Assembly: GCA_000002445.1 (NCBI GenBank)
Contig: CP000069.1
Span: forward strand, 864,001-928,000
Source: Trypanosoma brucei
Taxonomy: Eukaryota
Length of the DNA stretch: 64,000 nucleotides
Direction: 5' to 3'
This document shows, one piece after another, positions 22,116 through 31,765 of this stretch (its first letter is position 1; each line of letters opens with the position of its first letter). Position numbers and translations under genes: made by a program. A model generated the notes under the pieces. The model did not search any database. It was not told where the DNA came from and saw only the letters and a program-made list of their open reading frames with translations.

Positions 22116-23492
22116 ATGAATTCAAATGTTAGAAAAGTAGGAATATTTTCTCCTGAACCGCATCATACAGATTCCGCCATACTTGTGAGTGTGAAGCAAG
22201 AGTTGATGTTGAGTGGCAACACCGAAGGAAAACCTCGATCAAAGGAGAGACAGTTTGATTTCTCCAGTTACCCTTCACGGAAGATTGCTCTGCGGTTAGC
22301 TTACCATGGTCACATATATTGCGGGTTAGTGAGACAGGCGGAGACGCCTAACACCGTAGAGGCATATTTAGTTGCTGCGCTGGAACGACTTCGATTTGTG
22401 GAGCCTTCAGGACCTAAAGATTTCTCACGTTGTGGTCGAACGGATAAGGGAGTGAGTGCGCTTGGAAATGTAGTGTCATTTACGTCGCGAGCATCCTCTT
22501 GGGCGACGGACGAACAGCAACAGCCACCGTTAGATTACTGCGAAAAACTGAATAACGTCCTCCCACCAACCATCCGTATTGTTGGATGGTCATATGTGAA
22601 CGCTGATTTTGATGCCCGTTTTTCATGCACTGGGCGAACATATCGTTATTACTTTTGTAATCGGGGACTCAATCTGGAAGCGATGCGCAAGGCTGTAGGG
22701 TACTTGAAGGGTGTGCATAACTTTCGAAACTTTTGTAAAACGGATGTTGTGAACGTGAATAACTACGAGCGCCATGTTCGTCACGCAGATATTGTAGGTA
22801 GTGATATGTTGCCCGATTTGGTATCTTACTTTGAAATCGAAGCAAACTCATTTCTATATAATCAGATACGATGCACTATGGAGGTACTCTTTCTCGTTGG
22901 TCGTTGTTTAGAGGAACCTGAAGTGGTGAAGCAACTCTTAGACTGCGGGGACCGAAAACCCGTGTATCCTCTTGCCGACGCAACACCGCTTGTGTTGTGG
23001 GAGTGTCACTTTGAAGGTGTACGATGGAACATATCTCAACGCGCGTGTCTCAATGCGGAAAGTGAGTTACTAGACATCGCAACTGCGCTTTTGATACGGT
23101 CTACGGTAGCGTTTTCCATGAGATCCCAGTTGTTTGCCTGGTATAGCGAACACACTGACGATAACGGTGAGGCAATTTTCTTTGAAGGGCAGAATCAAGG
23201 GATTTGTCCCGGGGATCAGTGGTCTGTTGTTGGTAGCGACTGGACGGATGAACGCACACACAATAGCCTTCGTGTGCGTAAGTCGGATATATTCGCTCTT
23301 TCTAAGAAAGTAAAAATGGGTTCGAAGGGGCCCTTAACGAGTAAGCCTTACACTAAGTTGCTTGACAGAGAAACTGAACGTACTTTTGAGGAAGAGGTGG
23401 AGCTTCTCAGTGCGAAGAAGCGTGCTAGATTTGAAGTCAACATGGAGAAGAAAAAGTTCCACGAGGAACATCGGTGTGGTAACCCAACTTAA
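22116..23492 (+). CDS. tRNA pseudouridine synthase, TruA/Pus3 (Deg1) family
   Basis: ATG 22116 follows a (CTGT)n/pyrimidine tract; the track start 22038 lies further upstream and was not checked. Motifs: KIALRLAYHGHIYCG, the catalytic-Asp motif CGRTDKGVSALGNVVSF (GRTDxGV), and GRTYRYY. Confidence 0.8.
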   Translation: MNSNVRKVGIFSPEPHHTDSAILVSVKQELMLSGNTEGKPRSKERQFDFSSYPSRKIALRLAYHGHIYCGLVRQAETPNTVEAYLVAALERLRFVEPSGPKDFSRCGRTDKGVSALGNVVSFTSRASSWATDEQQQPPLDYCEKLNNVLPPTIRIVGWSYVNADFDARFSCTGRTYRYYFCNRGLNLEAMRKAVGYLKGVHNFRNFCKTDVVNVNNYERHVRHADIVGSDMLPDLVSYFEIEANSFLYNQIRCTMEVLFLVGRCLEEPEVVKQLLDCGDRKPVYPLADATPLVLWECHFEGVRWNISQRACLNAESELLDIATALLIRSTVAFSMRSQLFAWYSEHTDDNGEAIFFEGQNQGICPGDQWSVVGSDWTDERTHNSLRVRKSDIFALSKKVKMGSKGPLTSKPYTKLLDRETERTFEEEVELLSAKKRARFEVNMEKKKFHEEHRCGNPT

Positions 23493-23704
23493 ACTACTCC
23501 ATCGCACTCACTTGTGCGTTCTGTTCAAATCCGTCTTGTACTTTTAAAAAGATGTTAAATCATAGTCCTTTGGGTCACTTTATCGAACTACTAGTGTCCT
23601 TTTTTTTCCCACCTACTACTACCTTTTCATCCTTTCTCCTATCATTTATATGAGTACATGTTTCCTCGCCGTTTTCTCTCTTCTCTTTTGCTTTTTGTTT
23701 GCGT

Positions 23705-26700
23705 ATGGACTCTCAAAGTGATATTCGTCACCATTGTCCTGCGATGGCCAGCGAGTGCTCCGCTTTACCTGATGCGTCACTTCTGCTGGTGCTGCTGGAC
23801 GGGCGTCTGCGTTGCGTTTCTCTGAAGGACGGCAGAGAACGTTGGTCTGCTCAGCTCCCTTGTGGTGAGATGTTTAGCTGCGGCGAGTCGGGAATTATTT
23901 CTGAAAGGAGGCAAATGCATCCGTCTCCTTCCGATTTTGCAACATGTAAGCAGTGCGAAGTCATGGGGGCGCGATATGGTAACTCCTCTACAACGGATAG
24001 GTATGTATCCGTTGTGCAAAACCCATGTGGTGGTTGTAGCGGGTTGTCCCAGCATCCCTTCTGTGCTTCGTTACCGAATAACGAGGTAGATTGCTGTCTC
24101 ATTTTATCACCACGGGAATCTTCGGACGTCGGCCGTTCCCCGTCATTTGAGTGGTACTTTTCAGGAGGGGTGAGTGGGAAAGGACGTGATAAATTATATT
24201 TTCCGGTAGATGTGTTGCTTGAGCATTTTAGTGCCTCTCGCTGTCCAGCACATGGGCTGCGGGATTTGAATCATAGAGAGAGTGTGTACATTGAGTTTGA
24301 CTTTGATAACGGTGTGGAACTTTTTCATCTCAGTGCTGAGAGGGGACTTTCGGTGCCTCGGCCTCGGAGGCCCCTGAATGATAATGTCAGCTCTGACACC
24401 GCTGTTGCAAGTGATGGGAATGATGGTCCTCAGATGCCACTTTGTTCAACTTCCCAAATTCGCATTGCTGTTCAGCGTGCGACGGATTATCGAACCCTTT
24501 TCTTTCCACCAGTCCCTCGTTACAGATCAGGCCCGTCAAAAGGAGTAGAAGACAACAGTCGCTCCCTTTTTGTAAAAAAATCAACGGTAATCATAAATAT
24601 TGTTGGCTGCCTCGAAACGAATTCACTGGAAGGAACAGGATTGGACGACACGCTACGTATTGAACAAACGCTCTCCGATAGCGGCGTTCGTGTTCATTGG
24701 CTTGCAGTTGGAGACAATAATAATGGCCCACAACCCACAGTGCCCGTTTCACCAGGTATTGTAGAATCTTCTCCTGTTGTTTCCGCATATGTTTTACATC
24801 CTCACCGATTGGCTACTGGTAATGCAGTTACTGAAGAGTATTGCGCGGGGGTTACTGATTTTGATGACGGAACTAGTTATGTTATGGCTTGCTGTCAAAT
24901 TCCTATTTTAAATTCATCTTCGGAGCCATCGAAGCATGTGTTGAGTATCCAGTCGTGCTTTCCTGAGAATTTTCGTCGGAAGCGGCTGCATGGGTTTGTC
25001 AATAGACAGTATGGAGTTTTCTTCTCGGAAAGTTTAAATGTGCCATCGAGCAGCTCAAGCAGCACAGTTTCTCCCTCGCCGCTTCCTACAGGCTCTGAGT
25101 GTGCATCCAACGATAATGAGAACATCTCTAATAAAGCGATGGGCGACGGCTTTTTTTCGTGTGAGGAATCTGGGGAGGAGGCGAACCACCCATCCCCAAA
25201 TGAAATGTCGAGCGGTGCGTTAGTGCTTGGGAAGAGTTTGCTGTCTTTCAGTGAAAGTGAAAATGTTGAGGCGAGAACACAAGAAAACTTCATGAGCGGA
25301 AAACAATCTTTCTTCGACGAGAACTTTGATGTTTTGATGATTTTGGGCAGTGGTGCCTCCGGTGTGGTGCTTCTCACCCGACACCGTGTTACTGGTGTTT
25401 TGTACGCCGTTAAGGTGTTGATTGTGAGAGATAAATTTGCGGAAACTGCTGTGATGCAAGAAGTGCGATTGCATGCTGTACTTCACAATGAGCACATCGT
25501 TCGTTATTACACCTGTTGGTCGGAGATGATCACACCAGCGCGGTTGCGCCAACTTGCCAGTGTTGGTCTTTGCAGCAAAAGGGAAGTAAGGCAAACATTT
25601 AGGGCTTTGGAAGCCAATTGTGTTAGTTGTGGAAGCAGCCATGAGGGTGCCGGCTGGTTGATACCCAGGCACGAGGGTCAATTAGGTAATTTGCTACTGT
25701 TGAAGTCACCTGCGGAGGATTGCGCTGGAGTTTACATGGCAGGAGATGACACGGTCGATGATGGCACAGGCTCTACAGCTGGGTCTCATACAGAACCTTC
25801 AGAGGATGGCTCTGACGACACAAGGTCAAACTCGTGTGAATCATCGTCTTCAGAACGAAGTTCATCAATTCTTGAGGGGCGTGTTGTGTTTCTTCAACTA
25901 GAGTATTATCGTACAACATTAGCGCAGCGTCTGGGGTCCCGAGGCAGCATAGACCGTTTTGAGAACATAATTATCGCACTACAGTTGTTCGCGGCAGTTC
26001 GTTATGTACACAGGTCGGGTTTCCTTCACAGGGATGTAAAACCTCCCAACATATTCATTGATTACCGTGTACAATTTTCAGGAGTAGATGGCCCAGGTGA
26101 AGAAGACAACGATGAATATGATTACGACCTGGACGAAAGTGATGGAAACGGTTGGACATGTACCAGTGTAAGAGAAGAAAAGGAAGAAAGGAAAATGTGG
26201 ACAGAGCCGGTGAATGGTGGTGGAAATGATGATGTATCTGCACCCCACCAAGCTTTCCAATCCGTTTTTGAGTTTCTGCAGTTCTACGCAACCACGCCGC
26301 CTTTGTCAACGTACCTAAAGAAGATAAAGTGTGCTCAAAACGAGGAGCAGAAGCGTCGGGCAGTGTATCTCATCGGAAAGTGGACATGCAAACGCTTCCT
26401 TCAGGTGCGACTTGGGGATTTCAGTATATCAAAATCCTTTTTGGCTCAACACGTAGAGCTGGCGTCGAACTTTGGTCGTACGGCAATGAATACGACTGGA
26501 ATTGGCTCATCATTGTATTCTAGTCCTGAGCAACTGGACGGGGAACACTGTACGAGTTCATCTGATGCGTATTCCTGTGGTATTGTGCTTGCAGAGATGT
26601 ACGTACAGCCTAAAACTGTGTCTGAGAGGCTTCATGTGTTGAAGGCTGTGCGCAACGGCGTTTTTCCAGAGAGCAGTCTTCTCAAAAGGTACCCGGAGCT

Positions 26701-26821
26701 CTGTGTGGTACAATACCTGACGCTAAAGGATCCGTCGCATCGCATGTCCCTTATGGACGCCAGCCGAGCTCTACGTCGAACGGTTTACCGTATATTGCTC
26801 TCCTTTTTTTCTGAGGTGTGA
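23705..26821 (+). CDS. eIF2-alpha-kinase-like Ser/Thr protein kinase with a long N-terminal region and kinase inserts
   Basis: The track start 23699 is a TTG; the first ATG is at 23705, and ATG 23744 is an alternative start. Glycine loop ILGSGASGVVLL, AVKVL, LHNEHIVRYYTCWSE (the eIF2AK VRYYxAWxE pattern), HRDVKPPNIFID, LGDFSISK, and GSSLYSSPEQ...SDAYSCGIVLAEM are all present. Large inserts sit after subdomain IV and between HRD and DFG. Confidence 0.6.
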   Translation: MDSQSDIRHHCPAMASECSALPDASLLLVLLDGRLRCVSLKDGRERWSAQLPCGEMFSCGESGIISERRQMHPSPSDFATCKQCEVMGARYGNSSTTDRYVSVVQNPCGGCSGLSQHPFCASLPNNEVDCCLILSPRESSDVGRSPSFEWYFSGGVSGKGRDKLYFPVDVLLEHFSASRCPAHGLRDLNHRESVYIEFDFDNGVELFHLSAERGLSVPRPRRPLNDNVSSDTAVASDGNDGPQMPLCSTSQIRIAVQRATDYRTLFFPPVPRYRSGPSKGVEDNSRSLFVKKSTVIINIVGCLETNSLEGTGLDDTLRIEQTLSDSGVRVHWLAVGDNNNGPQPTVPVSPGIVESSPVVSAYVLHPHRLATGNAVTEEYCAGVTDFDDGTSYVMACCQIPILNSSSEPSKHVLSIQSCFPENFRRKRLHGFVNRQYGVFFSESLNVPSSSSSSTVSPSPLPTGSECASNDNENISNKAMGDGFFSCEESGEEANHPSPNEMSSGALVLGKSLLSFSESENVEARTQENFMSGKQSFFDENFDVLMILGSGASGVVLLTRHRVTGVLYAVKVLIVRDKFAETAVMQEVRLHAVLHNEHIVRYYTCWSEMITPARLRQLASVGLCSKREVRQTFRALEANCVSCGSSHEGAGWLIPRHEGQLGNLLLLKSPAEDCAGVYMAGDDTVDDGTGSTAGSHTEPSEDGSDDTRSNSCESSSSERSSSILEGRVVFLQLEYYRTTLAQRLGSRGSIDRFENIIIALQLFAAVRYVHRSGFLHRDVKPPNIFIDYRVQFSGVDGPGEEDNDEYDYDLDESDGNGWTCTSVREEKEERKMWTEPVNGGGNDDVSAPHQAFQSVFEFLQFYATTPPLSTYLKKIKCAQNEEQKRRAVYLIGKWTCKRFLQVRLGDFSISKSFLAQHVELASNFGRTAMNTTGIGSSLYSSPEQLDGEHCTSSSDAYSCGIVLAEMYVQPKTVSERLHVLKAVRNGVFPESSLLKRYPELCVVQYLTLKDPSHRMSLMDASRALRRTVYRILLSFFSEV

Positions 26822-27236
26822 GAATATGTGGAATACCTCCTCTTCGTTTGCCTGTTGGTTATCCACTCTGAGAATAAGTCAAATATTTCCTTTTTGATCT
26901 CGCAAACTCCCGAAAGTACGATAATATGTGGGCGAAAGAATCTCATGTTGCTAGTTTCTGGCAGTTGTCTATATATATATATATATTATTGTTATCACAT
27001 ATTATATACATTTCGCACATACAAAAACTGTTTCTGCCCTTAATTTTTTTGCCTCTCTGTCATTGTCAGAACAGTAATATTTATATCTTTTCATTCCTTC
27101 GATTTTCTTTCATTGTTGTTGTTGTTCACACTCTCTTTTATGATGTTAATGCGTTTCGCCCGATTTGTTAAACTGAAAACATGATTTAAAAAAAGGCTCC
27201 GTGGGTGCCTTAAGATTCATCATTTGTACTGCAGCG

Positions 27237-28235
27237 ATGGCACTCATGTGGCGGTGGGTCTCTCTTGGTGGATGGTGTGGCCCGCATCTTATGCTGTCCA
27301 AATTAAACGCTCCCATCAGTGCGGTGAAGCTACCATTCGATATGGCGCGCTGCAGCTTTGATGGGCTACTGGAGTTCACCAACCGCGGATTCGACGAAGG
27401 TTTTTTTCCAGGGCCGTTGCAGTCCCGCCCCTTCACACCTGATGCGGCGTCCATTTGGTTGTTGTTCCGCGGTCAACATACTTGTATTACACATTTTAAC
27501 CTCAACAATGATAATATCGTTCAGGAGTTTGTAAATCGCTTTGATGCGTGGGAGAGAATGCTGCTTCACCCCTCGCATCCAGTAACGTTTCTCCGTACTA
27601 GCATAGCGGAGGATGCTTCTGAGGAAGTAGAGCTAATACCACAATTTCACTCCGCGCTGCAAGAGAAAAGCGCAGGCAGGTTAAAATTTCGTACAGTTAT
27701 GGTCCTCCATGACCAGGGGCCCACAACTTGTCGTGTGGCCGAGTTTACGGCCCAAGATGCAGCAGGAGCACCATGTGTTGTGTGGAACCTTGCACTAGAT
27801 AAAAGTTTACCAAGCACCGCATCACTGCTTGACCGCTGCCACGACGGATACGCGCAAATAATTAGTGAAATGAGCAGTGAGGGTGCATGGCAGTTTTCCA
27901 CGAGGTTTCTTTGCCTACCCGCACCGAAACCTTACACAAATCTTTCACGAGTGGAGGGCGTTCCTGCGCTCCGGGGTTCATGCACTGGTTTCGGTACAAC
28001 CCACGCCGCACGACTGGGTCGCTGCTTAAGTTGTGGCGCAACGGATGGACACAAAGTTGTGCAGGACGCATTCGATACGAAACGACCTTGGGAAACTGCG
28101 GAGGAGGTTGTGCTCGTTGAAAAGTTGTTTCAGGCAGGTGGTGATGAGGTTGCAGCGGTGGAGGCTGCTGCACTGGAACTGAAGCGAGGTGCCAACGAAG
28201 TGTTGTTACGTTTGCGTTACGTTACGCAATGCTGA
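27237..28235 (+). CDS. Hypothetical protein
   Basis: The first ATG is at 27237 (track GTG at 27201). 333-aa ORF on the + strand within the polycistron. No motif recognised. Confidence 0.45.
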   Translation: MALMWRWVSLGGWCGPHLMLSKLNAPISAVKLPFDMARCSFDGLLEFTNRGFDEGFFPGPLQSRPFTPDAASIWLLFRGQHTCITHFNLNNDNIVQEFVNRFDAWERMLLHPSHPVTFLRTSIAEDASEEVELIPQFHSALQEKSAGRLKFRTVMVLHDQGPTTCRVAEFTAQDAAGAPCVVWNLALDKSLPSTASLLDRCHDGYAQIISEMSSEGAWQFSTRFLCLPAPKPYTNLSRVEGVPALRGSCTGFGTTHAARLGRCLSCGATDGHKVVQDAFDTKRPWETAEEVVLVEKLFQAGGDEVAAVEAAALELKRGANEVLLRLRYVTQC

Positions 28236-28526
28236 GGTACACATACCAAGGATTGAATGTTTACTACCCCTTCCGGCGTCTTTCTTTTAACATATGGAAT
28301 ACCAATCAATGCAGTCTGAATTGTTGAAAGGAGGTAGTGAAACCTCAAATAAACTGCGTTTTTGTCTCCCCACATGTTGCTCTACCGTGTTTATCTCCCT
28401 TTCGCTTAAGAATGTAGGTTTGCATCATTTTTTCCCTTTGTTTCCTCATTTCCTCTGCCCTTTACGCTGATTTCATTGGCAAGAAAAGACGATAGTTGTG
28501 GCACATCATTAAATAACGGTGCGGTG

Positions 28527-29573
28527 ATGCTGGCTTCTCAACTGAAAACCGCGGCGGAAAAGCTCACTGAACATTGTGGAAGAGATGATTACTACTGGAC
28601 AACTGACAATGAAATGCATGCCGTGCGGCGGAGGAAGATGCTGGAAAAGTATAGCAGTGAAATCAAGAAACTCTATGGACCTGATCCACTAACATGGAAA
28701 ATCGCAACGGCGGTCGTTCTCTTTCAGATTTTCCTGGGCTCATTGGCGTCCAGCATGAGTTGGCCTGTGTTTCTGCTTACCGCTTATGCAATTGGTGGTA
28801 CGGCGACGCACAACAGCTTCTTGGCCGTCCACGAAATAACTCACAACTTGGCATTTCGTAAGGCTGTGCACAACGAGTTGTTTGCCATATTCCTTAATAT
28901 AATTGTGCCCCTACCGTACGCAATGGGATTTAAATCTCATCACAGGGATCATCACAATTACTTAGGGTGGGAGCGTGTTGACCCAGATTTACCGACGGCG
29001 CTGGAAGGGAAATTGCTTTCCAGCTACATTGGCAAATTTTTCTTTGTTACGTTCCAAGTTTTCTTCTACGCACTTCGTCCCACTCTTGTTAGAAAAATGA
29101 AAATAACGAGGATGCATGTACTAAATATTGTTGCTCAAATTATATTTGATGTTATATTTTACATGTTATTTGGACCGTGGTGTATTATTTACTTCTTCTT
29201 ATCACTCGTGTTGGGTACTGGTTGGCACCCATTGGCTGGTCACTTCCTTACTGAGCATTATATCTTTCAAGGTGACGGAAGTCAGGAAACCTTTTCTTAT
29301 TATGGTCCACTGAACTGGTTAGCTTGGAATGTCGGCCATCACGTGGAGCATCATGATTTCCCGTACGTTCCGTGGAGGCATCTGCACAAACTTCGTGAAA
29401 TTGCCCCTGAATTCTACGAAAACCTTGAGGTGACCCCCTCGTGGCCTCTTGCCTTATACGATTTCGTGTTTAAAGTTAACATGAATCCGTTCTCACGTAC
29501 CGTGCGTAGGAAAGGGTCATATCTACATCCAGATTTGCGGTCCGCTGAGGTAATCGGAAAGGAAGAAAATTAA
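28527..29573 (+). CDS. Sphingolipid delta4-desaturase (dihydroceramide desaturase, DEGS family)
   Basis: The track start 28476 is a TTG; the first ATG at 28527 gives an N-terminus whose length matches DEGS1. The Lipid_DES-like N-terminus YYWTTDNEMHAVRRRKMLEKY is followed by histidine boxes HEITHN, HHRDHHNYLG and HVEHHDFPYVPW. The product is collinear with DEGS1. Confidence 0.9.
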   Translation: MLASQLKTAAEKLTEHCGRDDYYWTTDNEMHAVRRRKMLEKYSSEIKKLYGPDPLTWKIATAVVLFQIFLGSLASSMSWPVFLLTAYAIGGTATHNSFLAVHEITHNLAFRKAVHNELFAIFLNIIVPLPYAMGFKSHHRDHHNYLGWERVDPDLPTALEGKLLSSYIGKFFFVTFQVFFYALRPTLVRKMKITRMHVLNIVAQIIFDVIFYMLFGPWCIIYFFLSLVLGTGWHPLAGHFLTEHYIFQGDGSQETFSYYGPLNWLAWNVGHHVEHHDFPYVPWRHLHKLREIAPEFYENLEVTPSWPLALYDFVFKVNMNPFSRTVRRKGSYLHPDLRSAEVIGKEEN

Positions 29574-29827
29574 CACTATATGGTGGTGGTAGTGAGATGC
29601 TCTGCATGTTCGTCTCTCTTTATTTTCTCCTTTTGCTTTCCTCTGGTGCACCTCTTACATTGGACTACTGCCGCAATGACGCTTCTCCTTTCTCTTCTAT
29701 TTACTCCACCCAATGCTTTTTTCCTTGTCTAAATAATCGGGTCAGTGATTTGATTGATTGATTATTATTTTTTTTTAAAAAATGAGGTTTGTGAATCGGA
29801 AGCGGAGATGGAAACATGTTTATGTAT

Positions 29828-29830
<3 letters not shown>

Positions 29831-29875
<45 letters not shown>
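29831..29875. repeat. (TA)22 microsatellite
   Basis: Perfect TA dinucleotide run read directly in the intergenic spacer downstream of the desaturase gene. Confidence 0.95.
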
Positions 29876-29878
<3 letters not shown>

Positions 29879-31693
29879 GTGAGTATTGATGTATAGGATT
29901 GAGGTATACGTCTCTGCGAACGTGGGGAAACTGAAATGAAAAAGGGGGAAGAAGTGCTGCATACCATAAGGAAAGCAATATAGATGAAGGGTTGAACTGA
30001 AATCTGAAAAAAATGGAGAGAACATCTTGGGAGAAGACTATCGAATAAGGAGAAGAGGAAGGACACGACGCAGTTGAAGTAAATAAATTAATATACGGCA
30101 ACAGTGAAAACTAGTGTGTTAGAAGGGGGAAAAAAGAAAAAAAACGAGTAGACAATAACGTAATAAAATCTACCCGAAGGGGATGTATAATGGCGACTGT
30201 TCAAGGTAAGTAGGGTAGTGTGCCTTTCTTTTCATTTGTTGACGAATCATCCTTGTGCGGATGCGGCCCGGCGTTTTCTTTGGGGTTTGTTGTTTCCTTA
30301 CGTTGCGTTATGTTATGTTTATGTTTTGTGATTTGGTGCATAAGGAAAAGGTAATATGTGAAGTTGTGTTGCCTGAAAGAGCGCGATTGAAGAGGGAACG
30401 GAAACACGAAGAGGAAGTTGAAAAGTAAATATCGGGTTTAAATCGTCTTCAGGAATTCAACTCTTTTTTCCTTGTGTTTTTTCGTTCCCCACAAACGACG
30501 AACTTTAAACACACAGGTGAAGACGCGTAAGCATATGTATTTATATATATATGGTTTTCAAACTCTCATACTCCATGAGATGTCCCCTTATCTGGGAGCG
30601 GATTTTCATTGGGTTTGAGAATAGTGCGGAGATGTGTTGGTTCTCTCTAAATTTCCTTTGTTATTTTATTCTTTTTCTGACAATCATTTTTCTTTTTTTT
30701 TTTATCGCTGTTGTTGATGAGTGGCACGTACATGAAGAACGTATACTTGGACGTATTAGTAGATAAAGTGCTTGCTCTTTTGGCACACGCACACACACAA
30801 TTCGCGAGCAGATTTTCGAAGTAAGCGAAAACGCATCTATGACAATATTTAATGGTGGTGATGTTTTTTTTGTATATATCTTTATCAAATTGCGGTTGCA
30901 TGTTCTGTCTTTACGTTTGGAAGTTGTGACTTTCGATGGCAGGAACTTTCACTGATTGGGGGAAAAAATAAGAAAGGTGAGAAATATCACCAAATAATGT
31001 TGTAAATTGTACCTTAGTGAAAATCTGTTTGTTAGGTTCTTCTTCCCCTATTTTCATCGTTTAATGGTCATCAAAACGGTCTAATAGGGTGACGAATAAA
31101 TGAGGTGTATAAGAGAGGAAGAGGAAGAAAGAATATAATATATGATAGAAAAGGAATTGTGGAAGGAAAAGGAAGAAAGTTGATTGAAAATACCGATTTG
31201 TTTTGTCGCTCAACGTCGTCAGTTGCTGGGATGTCGGGCAGGTGCTCGTGGTGACGGGACAACCACAGATAAGAGGGAAATAACCGAGAAGAAGTGTAAG
31301 TTGATGTGTGATAGAAAATCTTGTGGTTAAGGTCACCACAACAAAGTAATAAGGAAAAAAAATAACGCGAGGCAGAGAAAGTAGAATCAACGAGAGTGTG
31401 CCCTCGTTTGCGCCATACTGTTAAATAGCGTGATTCATAAAGCACAATACCAGCTTTATAAGGAGCAGGATGCTCTCTGATTTTGGTCAAATGAATAAAT
31501 ACATTGCCGTATTTGGCTTCCTAGGCTGAAAAATAGTCTCAGGGGTTTCTTGATATGTTTTTTATTTCTCTCTACGGTCTTAATGGTTCTTATTGTGTTG
31601 TTAATTCCTTCTGACATCTTTTCAGACTTAACATGATGGATAACACATTTAAAAACATGTCGGCACACCTTCTGCTTTTCTTCTTTCTTTTTG

Positions 31694-31696
<3 letters not shown>

Positions 31697-31734
<38 letters not shown>
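31697..31734. repeat. (TA)19 microsatellite
   Basis: Perfect TA run read directly, 30 nt upstream of the ATG of the PH-PH-Kelch gene. Confidence 0.95.
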
Positions 31735-31735
<1 letters not shown>

Positions 31736-31765
31736 GAACAAAGGGAAATTGGTGATCCATTCCTG

